DNA of 64,000 nucleotides. It comes from Cyanophora paradoxa CCMP329 (taxonomy: Eukaryota; Plantae; Glaucophyta). The position numbers and the translations under genes are program-made. Positions 1 through 10,408 of the stretch are shown here, piece after piece. The notes beneath the pieces are model-generated. The model had not been told where the DNA came from. It saw only the letters and a program-made list of their open reading frames with translations, and made no database searches. Within the stretch, counting starts at the first letter, position 1, and each line of letters opens with the position of its first letter. The DNA lies in NCBI GenBank assembly GCA_004431415.1, contig QPMI01000483.1:62001-126000 (forward strand), in the 5' to 3' direction.

Positions 1-33
1 GACGAGGGGGAGAAGAAGGTCGCGTTCGACGCA

Positions 34-285
34 GTGGACGCCGCCCTCGAGGAAATCGCACTCCTCTTGGCGGCCGCCCCGGACCCAACGGAGGTCGAGG
101 GCGCTGACGCAGCAGCGAAGGGTCCCGCGCCGACGCCCGTGCCGACTTCTTTCCCCGCCGAGCTCGCCGCCGGCATCGTGGACGCCGCCCTTGAGGAGGT
201 CGCACTCCTCTTGGCGGCCGCCCCGGACCCAACGGAGGTCGAGGGCGCTGACGCAGAAGCGAAGGGTCCCGAGCCCGCGACGGAG
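34..285 (+). repeat. 144-bp (48-codon) in-frame tandem duplication
   Basis: GTGGACGCCGCCCT(C/T)GAGGA...GACCCAACGGAGGTCGAGGGCGCTGACGCAG at 34 and 178, encoding VDAALEE(I/V)ALLLAAAPDPTEVEGADA twice. Confidence 0.9.
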
Positions 286-2711
286 CTCGCTCCCACCAAG
301 TCGGTCCCCGAGACCGCCGCCGCCGAGGCTCCGGCGGACCCCGCCGCCGGCGTGGGCTGCTGCCTGGGGTACTCCTCGGGGCCGAGACGGTAGCGAGCCT
401 CGAGGTGACCGACGACGGCGCCTCCCTCGCCGACGAGGACGCGACCGTAGCGTCTAAGGAGACCCTGCGCCTCAACCGCGCTCGCCTCCTCAGCGCTAGC
501 CCCGGCCTAGACCTCACTCACTTCGGAGCCGTTGAGTTAGAGCCGGTGAAGGGCCGCGAGCACGAGCTGGGGCCCGTTCCTCTCTGGAACGTGGACGCGC
601 ACAAGCTGAAGGGCGCCGCGTCGGTCCCGCTCGACCGCGCGGCGTTCCTGTACCCAGCGCCGTGCGAGACTCACTGCGGCTGCACTGTGAGCGAGGGGCT
701 GATCGAGGTCCGGGACGAGCAGTGGTATGCCACTGCGTTCCGCTGCCCGGCCCGCACCCGCCAGACGCTCTCCTTCTTGCTTGCGGCGTTCTCTCAGCCG
801 CTCGCCACCGAGAGCACGTACCTCGGCTCGCGGACCCTCCCCACTGCGTTCCTGCAGATGCTGGGGCATGACCCGCTGTCCCAGGACACGCTGGCTCACG
901 CCTGGCCGACGCACTATTATGAAATCATGAGCCTCACGCACCAGGCCTCTCGCGTCGCCGCGAAGTGGGCCGGGGCCACGCGTGGCCGCACGCCGAGGGC
1001 CTCACGCCCGAGGGTCGCCCCGCAGTCGAGCCCGACGCCCACAAGCTTACGAAGCTTGGGACGAGTGCGTCGCTACCGCCGGCTGGCTGGAGCCATACCG
1101 CCGCCACTGGAGCATTGGCCAGCACTCGCCCGTGGCGGCCTCTCTCGAGCCGCACGAGATGACAGTGTCGGGCCGCCGCCAGCTAATCGAGCTGAGCGAG
1201 CTGTTGCCGGCACAGGACCGCCTCCGCCTTGCGTGCGCCTCGACTGTTGCGGGCTATTTCCTGCACCGCGTCGACTACGGTGCCCCGGGCACCGCCGGCG
1301 CCGTCGAGAAGATCCTCGGCCGCTTCTTTAAGTTCGCCGAGCCGCTCATGGTGGACGCGCGGGTCGACGCCTATGGCTTCGCCCTGCTGGCCCTCGAGCA
1401 CGCGATCCAGTGGAAGACCGTGGCTTGCATCGGCGGCCGCGCCGGTCCCCACGACGCCCACAAGAGCGCCGTTGCCCTGGCCGACGGGAACCCTCTTGTC
1501 CCCTCGGACTCGGAGTTCACGGAAGCCGTTCACTCGCTTGCCGTCCTGGCTGCCTCCGTTGAGGTTCCGATCCCGGGGCGGGCACGTCTCCGCTCGGATC
1601 GGGACGCCGAGGGATGGCTGCGGGCAGCGCTCGCGGAGCGTCTGACTGCGTACCGCGACGGCCGTGCCCCCGCCTTCCCGGTCGTGAGCGAGGGCGAGTC
1701 CCGCACGGTTGAACGCGTTCCGGTGGAGCCCCGCGTCGCCGCCGCCCGCGTTCTGCACCTCCGGGACCTGCACTTGTGCGACACCTGGCTGCACTGGCCG
1801 CGCCTGCACGGGGCAGAGCCTGGCACGTGGAGGGTCGGCCGCGTGCGCCCGATCACGCGCACCACGCAGTTGCCCCTGCACGGCACGACGCGAGGCGGGC
1901 AGCTGCCCACGATCGTGCCTGAGGAGCTCTACGTGCTGAGCCAGCTCGGCCCGCGCCCGCCGCTCACCGCCCTGTGCGATGCAGCCTGGGCCCGCACGGT
2001 TCCCGGATCCGCCGGGGCCGCGGAGCTGCTCCGGTACATCGAGGGGCCAAGGCGGGCGACCGGGCCCACCTCGTCATTCTATTCCGTAGGCTGCTGAAGA
2101 AGCGGGCCGGTTTCAATGACGAGGCTGTCAAGGACATGATCGCGCTCGTGGAGAAGTGGCGCACGGATGCGGGCAGCCGCACCCCCACTCCTCTCCACGA
2201 CCTGCCCACCACGCCGAAGCCGGCGTCGGACACGACGGGCGCCTACACGGCGAAGGCCGTCAGCGCGACGATCAAGGAGGCTAAGGCCTGCCTGCCGCCG
2301 CGCCCGCCTGTGAAGGCGCTCTCGCCGAGGGACCCGCCAGCGCCGGCGCGGCCGGCGCCCGTTCCTGTCCCGCCGCCTGCACCGACGGCGAAGCTCGTGA
2401 CCTTGCACGCCGCGGCAACATGGCCGCCGCTTGCGAGCCCGATGGCGCCGCGGCCCACCGCCGCTCCGACGCCGCCCGCCACTGAGCCCGCGCCTGTCGA
2501 GCCTCGCCTGAGCGAGCCGCTACTCGACGTCGCGCGCGCGACCGCGCCGGCTCCCCGGCAGGCCGCCCGTCGCGGCGAGCGTGGCCGCGGGACGGGGTCG
2601 TGCGCGTCAGCACCCGTGGGCGCGGCTCGCAGGGGCCACGAACCCGCAGCGCCCGCCGTGGGCAGGCTGAGGGGAAGACGCCGAGATGGGCGAGCGGGGC
2701 GACGGCGATGA
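34..2711 (+). CDS. Retroelement accessory polyprotein, segment 1 (frameshifted; unknown function)
   Basis: ORFs 34-393, 405-1331, 982-2097 and 1974-2711 each have a protein-like stretch that hands over to the next frame. No recognisable domain. Confidence 0.55.
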
Positions 2712-5691
2712 GGCGCCCGAGGAAGCGCCGCCGCCGCCGCCGCCGTCGGCTATCGATGAGAACCTGAGCCAGCGGGCCCTGTACGAGGCTATGGGCGTGA
2801 TGAGCGGCGTCCTCGCAGTGCCGGGGTGCCCGCCTCGGCTCTGTGAGGGGAAACAGATCACCGAGTGGCCCATGACGGCCCGGTCTGATCTCGCCCACCG
2901 CTGGAGCATCCCCTTCGACGCACTGAAGGGCACGTTCGAGGACCTGCGGGTCCCGCACCTCAAGGCGTTTCTCGCCAGCGAGAGGAGCACGCCAATCCAG
3001 AACCGCCTGGATGGGCCGCCCGTGCCGCACGAGGAGCCGCCGGAGGGCCGCGTCGCGCTCAGAGCCGATCGCACCGTTCGCCTCGCGCGGCTCAACGCGG
3101 CCGCGTTCGAGCTCTTCATGATCGCGCTGGGGCTCCGTGGCCCCGTCACGCCCCACTCCCACGATCTCCCGTTCCACCTGCATGAGTGGACGGAGCAGCA
3201 GTTGGAGCACTTCCTGACTCTGCGTTGGACGATCCCTGCCACGCGCCTGCCGCGGTGGACGCACGGGGGCCGCTTCAACCCGAGCGCGGCCGTCATCCCG
3301 CCGCAGTGGGCCCAGTACCTCTTGCGTGCTCACACCATGTTCCGCGCCGAGGCGGTTGGGACCACCGTTCCCTCCGCGGAACGCGCCGGCCTGGAGTTCC
3401 CGTACGGGGTTCGCTGGCTGCGCCGCCACCTGCAGCTAGGGACGCGCGCGCAGGAGGAAGCCGCCGAGAGCGACCCGCACAGGGGCTTGGCCCTGACCGC
3501 CCAGCGCGCGGCCTTCCAGGAGAAGGTCTTGCATGCCCTCGAGCGTCACGCTGCACGGCAGTCGTTCACGTTCGACGATGCGCTTGTGGGCACCTACATC
3601 GCCGATGAGCCTGAGCCCCGCCTCGAGCCGCTCGACATTGACCATGTCGAGAGCGAAGAGGAAGAGGGCGAGAAGGAAGAGGCGCCGGCTGCCATCCCTG
3701 CGGCGGCGCACAGGCCGTTCGAGCCGCACAAGGACTGGCAGCCGCGGCCGCTGTTCTCGTTGGCGGACCCGACGTACGCCAACGATCACAAGCTCTTGCG
3801 CGAGTACATGGACCGGAAACACGCGTTTTTCCGGCCCCTGGAATGCTATGAGCCAGGGTTCACTGAATGGGCAACGCTGCCCGCGATCAGCTACCCCTTG
3901 CGCTGGCAGCACGCCGGCGACGTTGACGAGTACAACGTCGACGTGCTCACGCTGCAGGACCAGCACATGGGCGAGCTGTGCTCAACTATGCTCAAGCGCG
4001 TCGGCCCCGCCGCGCGCGGCATAGTGAACTGGTTCTCGCTCGTAGGCCCGCCTCAGCGGCCGTTCGACGAGGATCCGGAGCTCTTCGACCTGCAGGGGCT
4101 TGCATTCCCGCACGCCGCCTGCGGCGTCAGCTTGGATATCGTGCAGTACCTCGCGGTCGGGACCCGTACCGCACAGTCTGCCGTCCCGACGTACACGGGC
4201 GCCTGGGATCTCACGCACGAGGGCACAGCCCACGCACCCGTGTGTTCGACCCTGGGCCAGGTCTCGCGGGTGCTGTATACCGCCTTCTTCCACGAAGGCG
4301 GCGGCGCGCGGAACGCCCCGCCGCCGTACATGCCGCACCCCGAGCGCCCCACCCTGCACACCTCAGTCTTGGGCGGTAACATCGCCGACCCGAACGAGGA
4401 GGACGCCAGGACGCCGTTCGCGACCCGCTTCGCGCGCGACGTCGCCGTGCTGGCCCTGCTGCGCCCGCTCGCCGACAAGCGCGTCGAGAACGTTGAGGGT
4501 CGCCTGCAGACGCGGCGCATCTACGCGCCCCGCCTCGTGGCAGGCACGGCCACGCCCGCGCCGAACGCTGCCTGCGACAAGGACGTCGCAGGGGGCGCGC
4601 CGCACCAGCCCGAGAACAAGAAGCTGTGGCTCGCAGTGACGGTCGCCCAGCTTGCGAGCCAGCCCAAGAAGAGCCACGCGAACCCGCGGCTCGTCACCGC
4701 GTTCGGTTACGAGCTGCCGCCTTTCCCGAACTCACCTCCGGGGACGTGCCCTTGGGCGCCGATCCCGGCGGAAGAGGAAATCCTCGCGACGGCCATCGGT
4801 TTTACGCTGGCCTGGCACGCGCGCTTCTTCCAGCGTCACGCGCCGGGCAAGCACCTCCGCAGCCAGCACTGGGCTGATGACTTTCTGTCGGCTGCGGCCA
4901 TGGACGTCGAGTCGGAACGCCCGGCTGACTACGTCCCCGAGATCGCTCGGGCGGTCGCCGATCACATGGATGACTTCAACAAGGTGTTGAACTCGTTCCG
5001 CTGCGTGGTGCCGGACGGTCTGATGGTGTTCATTCACGAGGCCTTCCTGACTAAGCCGACGGCCAAGCCGGACCGCGGGTCCGACGTCTTGCCTCAGGGC
5101 AAGAAGGTCTTCGACGCGGACGCGAGGCCGACGTACCCGGACGGTCATCCCACGCTTGCGTGGAAGTTTGGCCCGAACAATGCGGTCGTGCCGGACCACG
5201 AGGGTCGTGCGGCGATCTGTGGGCGGATCCTGCTCGCGATGCTGCAGGGCTTCCAGTATCCCCGCATCCCGCTGCTCGCGCAGCGGGTGGACAACTGTGC
5301 GCCCCTGAACGCCGCCATGCCCCAGAACGTGGCCGAGGTCTTCAGGGCCCTCTTGCGCACTATGACGAGGGATGAGTGCGCCGACTCGGATGCCCGCGCG
5401 CTGGCGGACGGCATCCGCGCGTACCTCACAAACATGCCGCACGGTCTCGGGTACCAGCGTCTTGAGCTCGGCTCGCCCCCGATGGCCGGCGCCGAGGACG
5501 CGTGGCCCGCCGGCGATGACCTTGGCGCCGGGGCAAGAGTGGGATACAGCGCCACCTTGAGGCCGCCCGCGCCGCCGAGGAGCTGGAGAACTGTCCCGGG
5601 AACTTCCCGCTGGGGCTCATCTTTACCGATGAGGCTATACCCCTGCGGCCTCAGTTCGAGACGATGCTCCGTTCGCTCTACGCCGATCTGA
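2686..5691 (+). CDS. Retroelement accessory polyprotein, segment 2 (~1000 aa, unknown function)
   Basis: Long intronless ORF with globular composition (W/F/Y/H-rich). It appears to shift into the next ORF's frame near 5535 (GIQRHLEAARAAEELENCPGNFPLGLIF... precedes MLRSLY). Confidence 0.7.
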   Translation: MGERGDGDEAPEEAPPPPPPSAIDENLSQRALYEAMGVMSGVLAVPGCPPRLCEGKQITEWPMTARSDLAHRWSIPFDALKGTFEDLRVPHLKAFLASERSTPIQNRLDGPPVPHEEPPEGRVALRADRTVRLARLNAAAFELFMIALGLRGPVTPHSHDLPFHLHEWTEQQLEHFLTLRWTIPATRLPRWTHGGRFNPSAAVIPPQWAQYLLRAHTMFRAEAVGTTVPSAERAGLEFPYGVRWLRRHLQLGTRAQEEAAESDPHRGLALTAQRAAFQEKVLHALERHAARQSFTFDDALVGTYIADEPEPRLEPLDIDHVESEEEEGEKEEAPAAIPAAAHRPFEPHKDWQPRPLFSLADPTYANDHKLLREYMDRKHAFFRPLECYEPGFTEWATLPAISYPLRWQHAGDVDEYNVDVLTLQDQHMGELCSTMLKRVGPAARGIVNWFSLVGPPQRPFDEDPELFDLQGLAFPHAACGVSLDIVQYLAVGTRTAQSAVPTYTGAWDLTHEGTAHAPVCSTLGQVSRVLYTAFFHEGGGARNAPPPYMPHPERPTLHTSVLGGNIADPNEEDARTPFATRFARDVAVLALLRPLADKRVENVEGRLQTRRIYAPRLVAGTATPAPNAACDKDVAGGAPHQPENKKLWLAVTVAQLASQPKKSHANPRLVTAFGYELPPFPNSPPGTCPWAPIPAEEEILATAIGFTLAWHARFFQRHAPGKHLRSQHWADDFLSAAAMDVESERPADYVPEIARAVADHMDDFNKVLNSFRCVVPDGLMVFIHEAFLTKPTAKPDRGSDVLPQGKKVFDADARPTYPDGHPTLAWKFGPNNAVVPDHEGRAAICGRILLAMLQGFQYPRIPLLAQRVDNCAPLNAAMPQNVAEVFRALLRTMTRDECADSDARALADGIRAYLTNMPHGLGYQRLELGSPPMAGAEDAWPAGDDLGAGARVGYSATLRPPAPPRSWRTVPGTSRWGSSLPMRLYPCGLSSRRCSVRSTPI

Positions 5692-8600
5692 ATGTCGCGA
5701 TCCGCCTCGCGCGCCCGATCGACTGGGAGACGGACGACCCCGTGCTCCCCGACTGGGACGTTGAGGCTCTGCGCCCGGCGCTGATGTGGGACGCGGTCCA
5801 GAACAAGGGCGCCGCGCCCTCGGCCCGGCGCAGCCTGACTGCGACGGCGGCTGTCGATAAGGAGGCCGAAAGCCTTCTGGTTCGCACGCCGTACCAGCCG
5901 ATCTACGAAGGAGCGGTCCGCGCGACGTGGGCGGGCGTGCGGTTCCAGCCGCCCTCAACCATCGTCGGCGGGCTCGCGGACGACCCCGCCGAGGCGGCGC
6001 CATCCGCCACCCCGTCGGCGCCCGCGCCGGCGCAGGCCGCTGCGCAGACCGCCGCGCCGCCGACGGCGCCGCAGCAGGCGCGGCCCCGGCGCAACGCGGG
6101 CCAGGCCGTTGGCCGAGGCGGCCGCGGGCAGGGTCACCAGCGGGGCGGCCGGCACCGCGGTCGCGACGGCCGAGGCCACCGTGACCGTGGCGGCGACCGC
6201 GGCGGTGGCCAGGCGCAACCCGCACAACCCGCTGTCGACCCGAACGACCCGTTCGGGCTGGATGCGTTCCTCGCGCGGCAGCAGGGGTATGACCCCAAGA
6301 CCATGCGCGTAACCGTCTCGGACGGGAAGGTGAAGGTCGAGCGGATCGCCGAGAGCGCTCCGCCAGACCAAGCCCCGCCGGCTGAGACTCCCTCCCGGAC
6401 CTTGATGCCGCCGCCCAGCTCGAGCCGCCAGGCCGAGGCAAGCTCGAGCCGCAGGGACGACACGGCCAGTCGCGCGTCGCAGGCCCGCCGGACCCCTGAG
6501 CGGGCCTCGTCTCAGCGCCGCTCGCGCACACCCGAGCCGCGCCGAGCCCCGTCCAGTCGCCGCTCTCGCACCCCAGACAGGCGCGAGACGCGGGGCCCCT
6601 CCACGCGCCGCGAGCGCTCCCCGGAGCCCCACCGGCAATCCCGGGCGCCGCCGCCGTCCCGCCGTTCGTTGGAACGCCGCGATCGCGAGGGCTCCCGACG
6701 CCCTTCGCCGGACCGCCGGGACCGCGAGGCCTCCCGCCGCCGCTCCCCGGACCGCCGTGATCGCTCGCCGCCGCGCCGCGACCGCAGCCCGCCGAGCCGA
6801 CGGTCCACGGCTCGCGACACTCGCGACAGGCGGAGCCCTCGCCGAGGCTCGCGGGAACGCCGCCGGAGCCGAACACCGTCCCGCTCTAGCTCCCGCTCGC
6901 GCTCGCGCGATCGGGGCCCGAGCCGGAGCCCCCGCCATGACGATAAGCGGCGCAAAAGCTCGAAGAAGGGCTCGCGCGACCGCGCCTCGCCGCGAGACCG
7001 CCGCAGCCCTCGCAGCAGCCAGTCCTCTCGCCGCCCGCCGGACCCGCCGCGCGGCGCCGTAGACGCTGCGTACAAGCGGCACGAGAACGACGCCCGCCTG
7101 CGAGGCTGCCCGCCCACATTGCGCGAGCTCTTCGACATGGTCTGGAAGGCGCAGTACGCTGAGATGCCAGACTCGCTCTCGGCGTCCGCGCGAGCTGAGC
7201 AGGCCACCGCGCTGGTCCTGATCAAGCTCCAGAACCAGATGGACGCTCAGTCCGCGTCGTCCTCGGCCCGCGCCGCCGCGCCACCATCGGGTGGGCAGCC
7301 GCCGACGGGCGGACGCAACGAGCGCCAGCAGCCCTTTCTAGAGGGGCCTGAGGGGCAGAGCGAAGCCGGTCCGCAGTCGGCGGCGCCGTCCAAGCCTGCG
7401 GAGGGTCGCGCCTCCATCTCTCAGGCCCAGGAGCGGTCATCGCGTGCGAGCCAGGCCGAGCCGCCGCGCGCAGACCAGTCGACGCCGGAGCAGCCGCGCG
7501 CCTCAGTGGCCGCGCCGCGCGCCTCCGCCGCCACGACTTTCAACCCCCAGGCTGACGTCCCAGCAGGGGGCCTCCTGCAGTTTGTGCGCGAGTGCTCGAG
7601 CTGCCGCGACGTGAAGATCCGGGGCCAAGGGGTCACGGAATTGGGGCTTTGGCTTCAAACAGTCGAGCGCCAGATCCGCACCGCCGCTAGCCACGCCGAG
7701 ACGCGCGCCAAGCCCGGCGGCGCTCAGAAGGTCTCAGACGAAGCCTTCGCCCAGGCAAAGCAGGCCGCTCGGCGGGCCCTGGAAGACGTCTGCCGCGCCC
7801 TCCGGGCCGGCATCGATATGCAGATCAGCCTCTCCGCTGGGGAGACGGGCATGATGATCTCGCTCCTCCCAGACGGGCCCCGTGCCGATCTCGAGGCTCT
7901 GCGGGCCACGCTCGATCGCACCAAAGACTGGCGAGCCTTGCTTGAGCGCGAGCGCCAGCACGAGGCTCGCGTGGCAATGCAGGCCGCGGCAAAAGCCAAC
8001 CCAAAGCCCTTCTTCGCGGTATACACCGTCGCAGAAGCGTCGTCACCCCGCGGGCACGAGGCCCGCGCGCCCTGTGACCTTCCCGCCCACTTGCATACGC
8101 CGGCGTCGGTCCGGGCCGCTGTGCCGGTGCCGGCGGACGAGAAGTACATCTCGATCCGCCGCGTCCAGACGGTCGTCCACGAGCCGCCCGCTCAAACAGT
8201 CGCGCCGCCGGCGCCAGCCGCGCCGCCCGCCCCGGCCCCACCAAAGAGCCGCGAGCCTGCGCCGGCCTGGGCCCGCCGCCTGCTGCACAAGCTCGGGCCG
8301 CGCTCGACCGTGCTGGTCTTCAACTGGCTGTCGAACCCCGCGCAAATGCTGCAGGTCGATCCAAAGACCCTGGAGCCCGCCTTACGCGCGGTGCATCAGG
8401 CGATCATGGACCGCTACGGCATCTCGATGCGCAAAACGGGCTACAAGGCCCCGCCACGGCCGACTCGCGCGTGGTTCTCGGGTTCAGCGCCGACAGCGGC
8501 GTTCGCCCCGCAGAACGCGCTCGAGGCCGCCGCGATCATTTACCCCGAGGGCCTGACCTCCGACGAGGAAGCTCTCATGCCCGCGGGCCACGCCCTGGGC

Positions 8601-9398
8601 TCCAAAAACCGCCCGTCCCTCGCCGTGCCCCGCCCGGCAGAGGAGACGCCGCTGGGAACGCGCGCCGGCTATGACCCGCCCAGCGACGAGTTGCTCTACG
8701 CCAACCGCCACGGCCCGGGCCCGCGCAAGCGGACCAAGCCCTCGCCGTTGGCCGACCAGGCAGAGCAGCGCCGAGTCGCCGAGCGAGCCGCGGCTCGCCA
8801 GTCCCGGCCCCCATCCCCAACCGCAAGCGCAACGGACCTGTCGGGTCCACCCGCGCCGCCGGAACCAGAATTCCACGTCCGCCGCGCCCGACCTAGCTTC
8901 CCGCGCGACCGGGCCCTGGAATTCTTCCGGCCAAAGACACTGCACATTCACGGCAGCATTGCTATGCGCCTGCCGAACGGCCGCTCCGGCGCTGAACGGC
9001 CCGCTCGCATTGTTGTCGACACGGGCGCCCAGGGAACTGTAGTTCCCCAGGAAGTCCTCGACCGCCTGCCGCCCGACGAAGTCAATTACGTCGAGGGCCA
9101 CACGATAGTCCGCGGTTTCATGGACCGGGACAAAATTCGTTGTCGCCGCGCCGACGTAGTCTTCGTTCTGGGCTCGCTCCGCTTCTGCCGCCGCGTCTTC
9201 GTCGTCCCGCGCGGCGCCATGGGCGTTGAGCCGGACATTCTGCTCGGCCTGGACGCGATCCAGGCCGTCCACGGCCAGATCGACACGACGCTGTCCGGGT
9301 GGTGCCTCCGGGCCCGTGACCACCTGCACCGCGAAGTCGTCGTCCCTTTTCGGCTCCGGACCAGCTTGGGATCCTGGTCCGAGTCCTGGGACCAGTAA
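5664..9398 (+). CDS. Gag-position protein with RGG and RS-rich domains fused to a retropepsin protease
   Basis: RGGRGQGHQRGGR tract, long RS/RD tract, then RIVVDTGAQGTVV...DILLGLD aspartic protease motifs. Confidence 0.8.
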   Translation: MLRSLYADLNVAIRLARPIDWETDDPVLPDWDVEALRPALMWDAVQNKGAAPSARRSLTATAAVDKEAESLLVRTPYQPIYEGAVRATWAGVRFQPPSTIVGGLADDPAEAAPSATPSAPAPAQAAAQTAAPPTAPQQARPRRNAGQAVGRGGRGQGHQRGGRHRGRDGRGHRDRGGDRGGGQAQPAQPAVDPNDPFGLDAFLARQQGYDPKTMRVTVSDGKVKVERIAESAPPDQAPPAETPSRTLMPPPSSSRQAEASSSRRDDTASRASQARRTPERASSQRRSRTPEPRRAPSSRRSRTPDRRETRGPSTRRERSPEPHRQSRAPPPSRRSLERRDREGSRRPSPDRRDREASRRRSPDRRDRSPPRRDRSPPSRRSTARDTRDRRSPRRGSRERRRSRTPSRSSSRSRSRDRGPSRSPRHDDKRRKSSKKGSRDRASPRDRRSPRSSQSSRRPPDPPRGAVDAAYKRHENDARLRGCPPTLRELFDMVWKAQYAEMPDSLSASARAEQATALVLIKLQNQMDAQSASSSARAAAPPSGGQPPTGGRNERQQPFLEGPEGQSEAGPQSAAPSKPAEGRASISQAQERSSRASQAEPPRADQSTPEQPRASVAAPRASAATTFNPQADVPAGGLLQFVRECSSCRDVKIRGQGVTELGLWLQTVERQIRTAASHAETRAKPGGAQKVSDEAFAQAKQAARRALEDVCRALRAGIDMQISLSAGETGMMISLLPDGPRADLEALRATLDRTKDWRALLERERQHEARVAMQAAAKANPKPFFAVYTVAEASSPRGHEARAPCDLPAHLHTPASVRAAVPVPADEKYISIRRVQTVVHEPPAQTVAPPAPAAPPAPAPPKSREPAPAWARRLLHKLGPRSTVLVFNWLSNPAQMLQVDPKTLEPALRAVHQAIMDRYGISMRKTGYKAPPRPTRAWFSGSAPTAAFAPQNALEAAAIIYPEGLTSDEEALMPAGHALGSKNRPSLAVPRPAEETPLGTRAGYDPPSDELLYANRHGPGPRKRTKPSPLADQAEQRRVAERAAARQSRPPSPTASATDLSGPPAPPEPEFHVRRARPSFPRDRALEFFRPKTLHIHGSIAMRLPNGRSGAERPARIVVDTGAQGTVVPQEVLDRLPPDEVNYVEGHTIVRGFMDRDKIRCRRADVVFVLGSLRFCRRVFVVPRGAMGVEPDILLGLDAIQAVHGQIDTTLSGWCLRARDHLHREVVVPFRLRTSLGSWSESWDQ

Positions 9399-10408
9399 AG
9401 CTCCCCGTCGGAGAGGCCCTCGTCCCATGCACGCTCAATGGGCAGGGCCCGGCAACGCGTGAGTTGCCGCACCTCTACGTCGAGCCGTCGCCGGAGTCCC
9501 CGCAAGCCTTGGGCGTACTCTGCCCTTACCAGCTGCATAATCACCCGGGAGACAAAATGTTTCACGTGCGGTTGTGCAATCCTGGCCGGCAGCCGGTAAC
9601 CCTGCCGCTAGGATCGGTAGTAGCGGTCGCTTCGGCGGTCGCCCTACCGCCTGGTGATTTTGAGTACGAACCTGAGCAAATGCCTTGTAGTGCGAGTGCA
9701 TTGACAGACCTCTTGATTCGCCGGCTGCGAATCGTGCCTGCCAAACGCCGCACTGGACTCCGCCACTTTAATAGAAAAGCACGCATGCTTGGCGCGGCAT
9801 ATGAGCCCGCCAAAGACGTTGAGAAAATAATCTCCACCCTACGTTCTGTCGTAGATGAGGCGGAAAAGCAGCGCGCTCTGTCTAGCGCAGCGCCTGCTGA
9901 GCCCGCCGACCCACCCCGCGCACCGCCCTACGACGTCGACGATATAGTCGTCACGTTTGGCGAGCTGCCCTTCGACACAGCCGACCGGCCGTTGCAGGAC
10001 CTTGATGCTATGAGCATCATTAGCCTCGACGACGATGCTATGAGCACGTCGTCACGAAGCGCGTCCCCAACGCCGGCCCCGATCACAGGCCCCTCGGTCG
10101 ACGAGTTCGTCGCCGCAGTCGAGGCAGTGTCCGTCCCAGAGACGCCACCCTGCGCTCGACCTTCCCCGGTCTCTCCGAAAAAGCGGAGCGCGACTTGCTC
10201 GATGCAGTCCGCGCCATGCGCGGCGACGTTACGGTCCGCAAGGCCGCACCGGTCGCCGACGCCGAGGCCCCACCCCAGAGTGTGGTCACAGCCTCGCTTT
10301 CGGCCCGGCCCGATGCCCCACCCCCTACGACTGCAGCACCCGACGCGAAGCCCGCTGAGGCACCGCGGCCGGTGCCTAATGCAGAGGAGGAGTGGCAAGA
10401 GCTGCTGA
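9374..10408 (+). CDS. Pol segment: degenerate dUTPase-like domain plus linker
   Basis: VLGPVKLPVGEALV...FHVRLCNPGRQPVTLPLGSVVAVA resembles the dUTPase-like fold found between PR and RT in some gypsy elements. Catalytic motifs are not evident. Confidence 0.45.
   Translation: MVRVLGPVKLPVGEALVPCTLNGQGPATRELPHLYVEPSPESPQALGVLCPYQLHNHPGDKMFHVRLCNPGRQPVTLPLGSVVAVASAVALPPGDFEYEPEQMPCSASALTDLLIRRLRIVPAKRRTGLRHFNRKARMLGAAYEPAKDVEKIISTLRSVVDEAEKQRALSSAAPAEPADPPRAPPYDVDDIVVTFGELPFDTADRPLQDLDAMSIISLDDDAMSTSSRSASPTPAPITGPSVDEFVAAVEAVSVPETPPCARPSPVSPKKRSATCSMQSAPCAATLRSARPHRSPTPRPHPRVWSQPRFRPGPMPHPLRLQHPTRSPLRHRGRCLMQRRSGKSC

Noticed and set aside
9360-9400. Programmed ribosomal frameshift after the protease
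   Set aside because: No slippery heptamer visible and indistinguishable from the many other indels.
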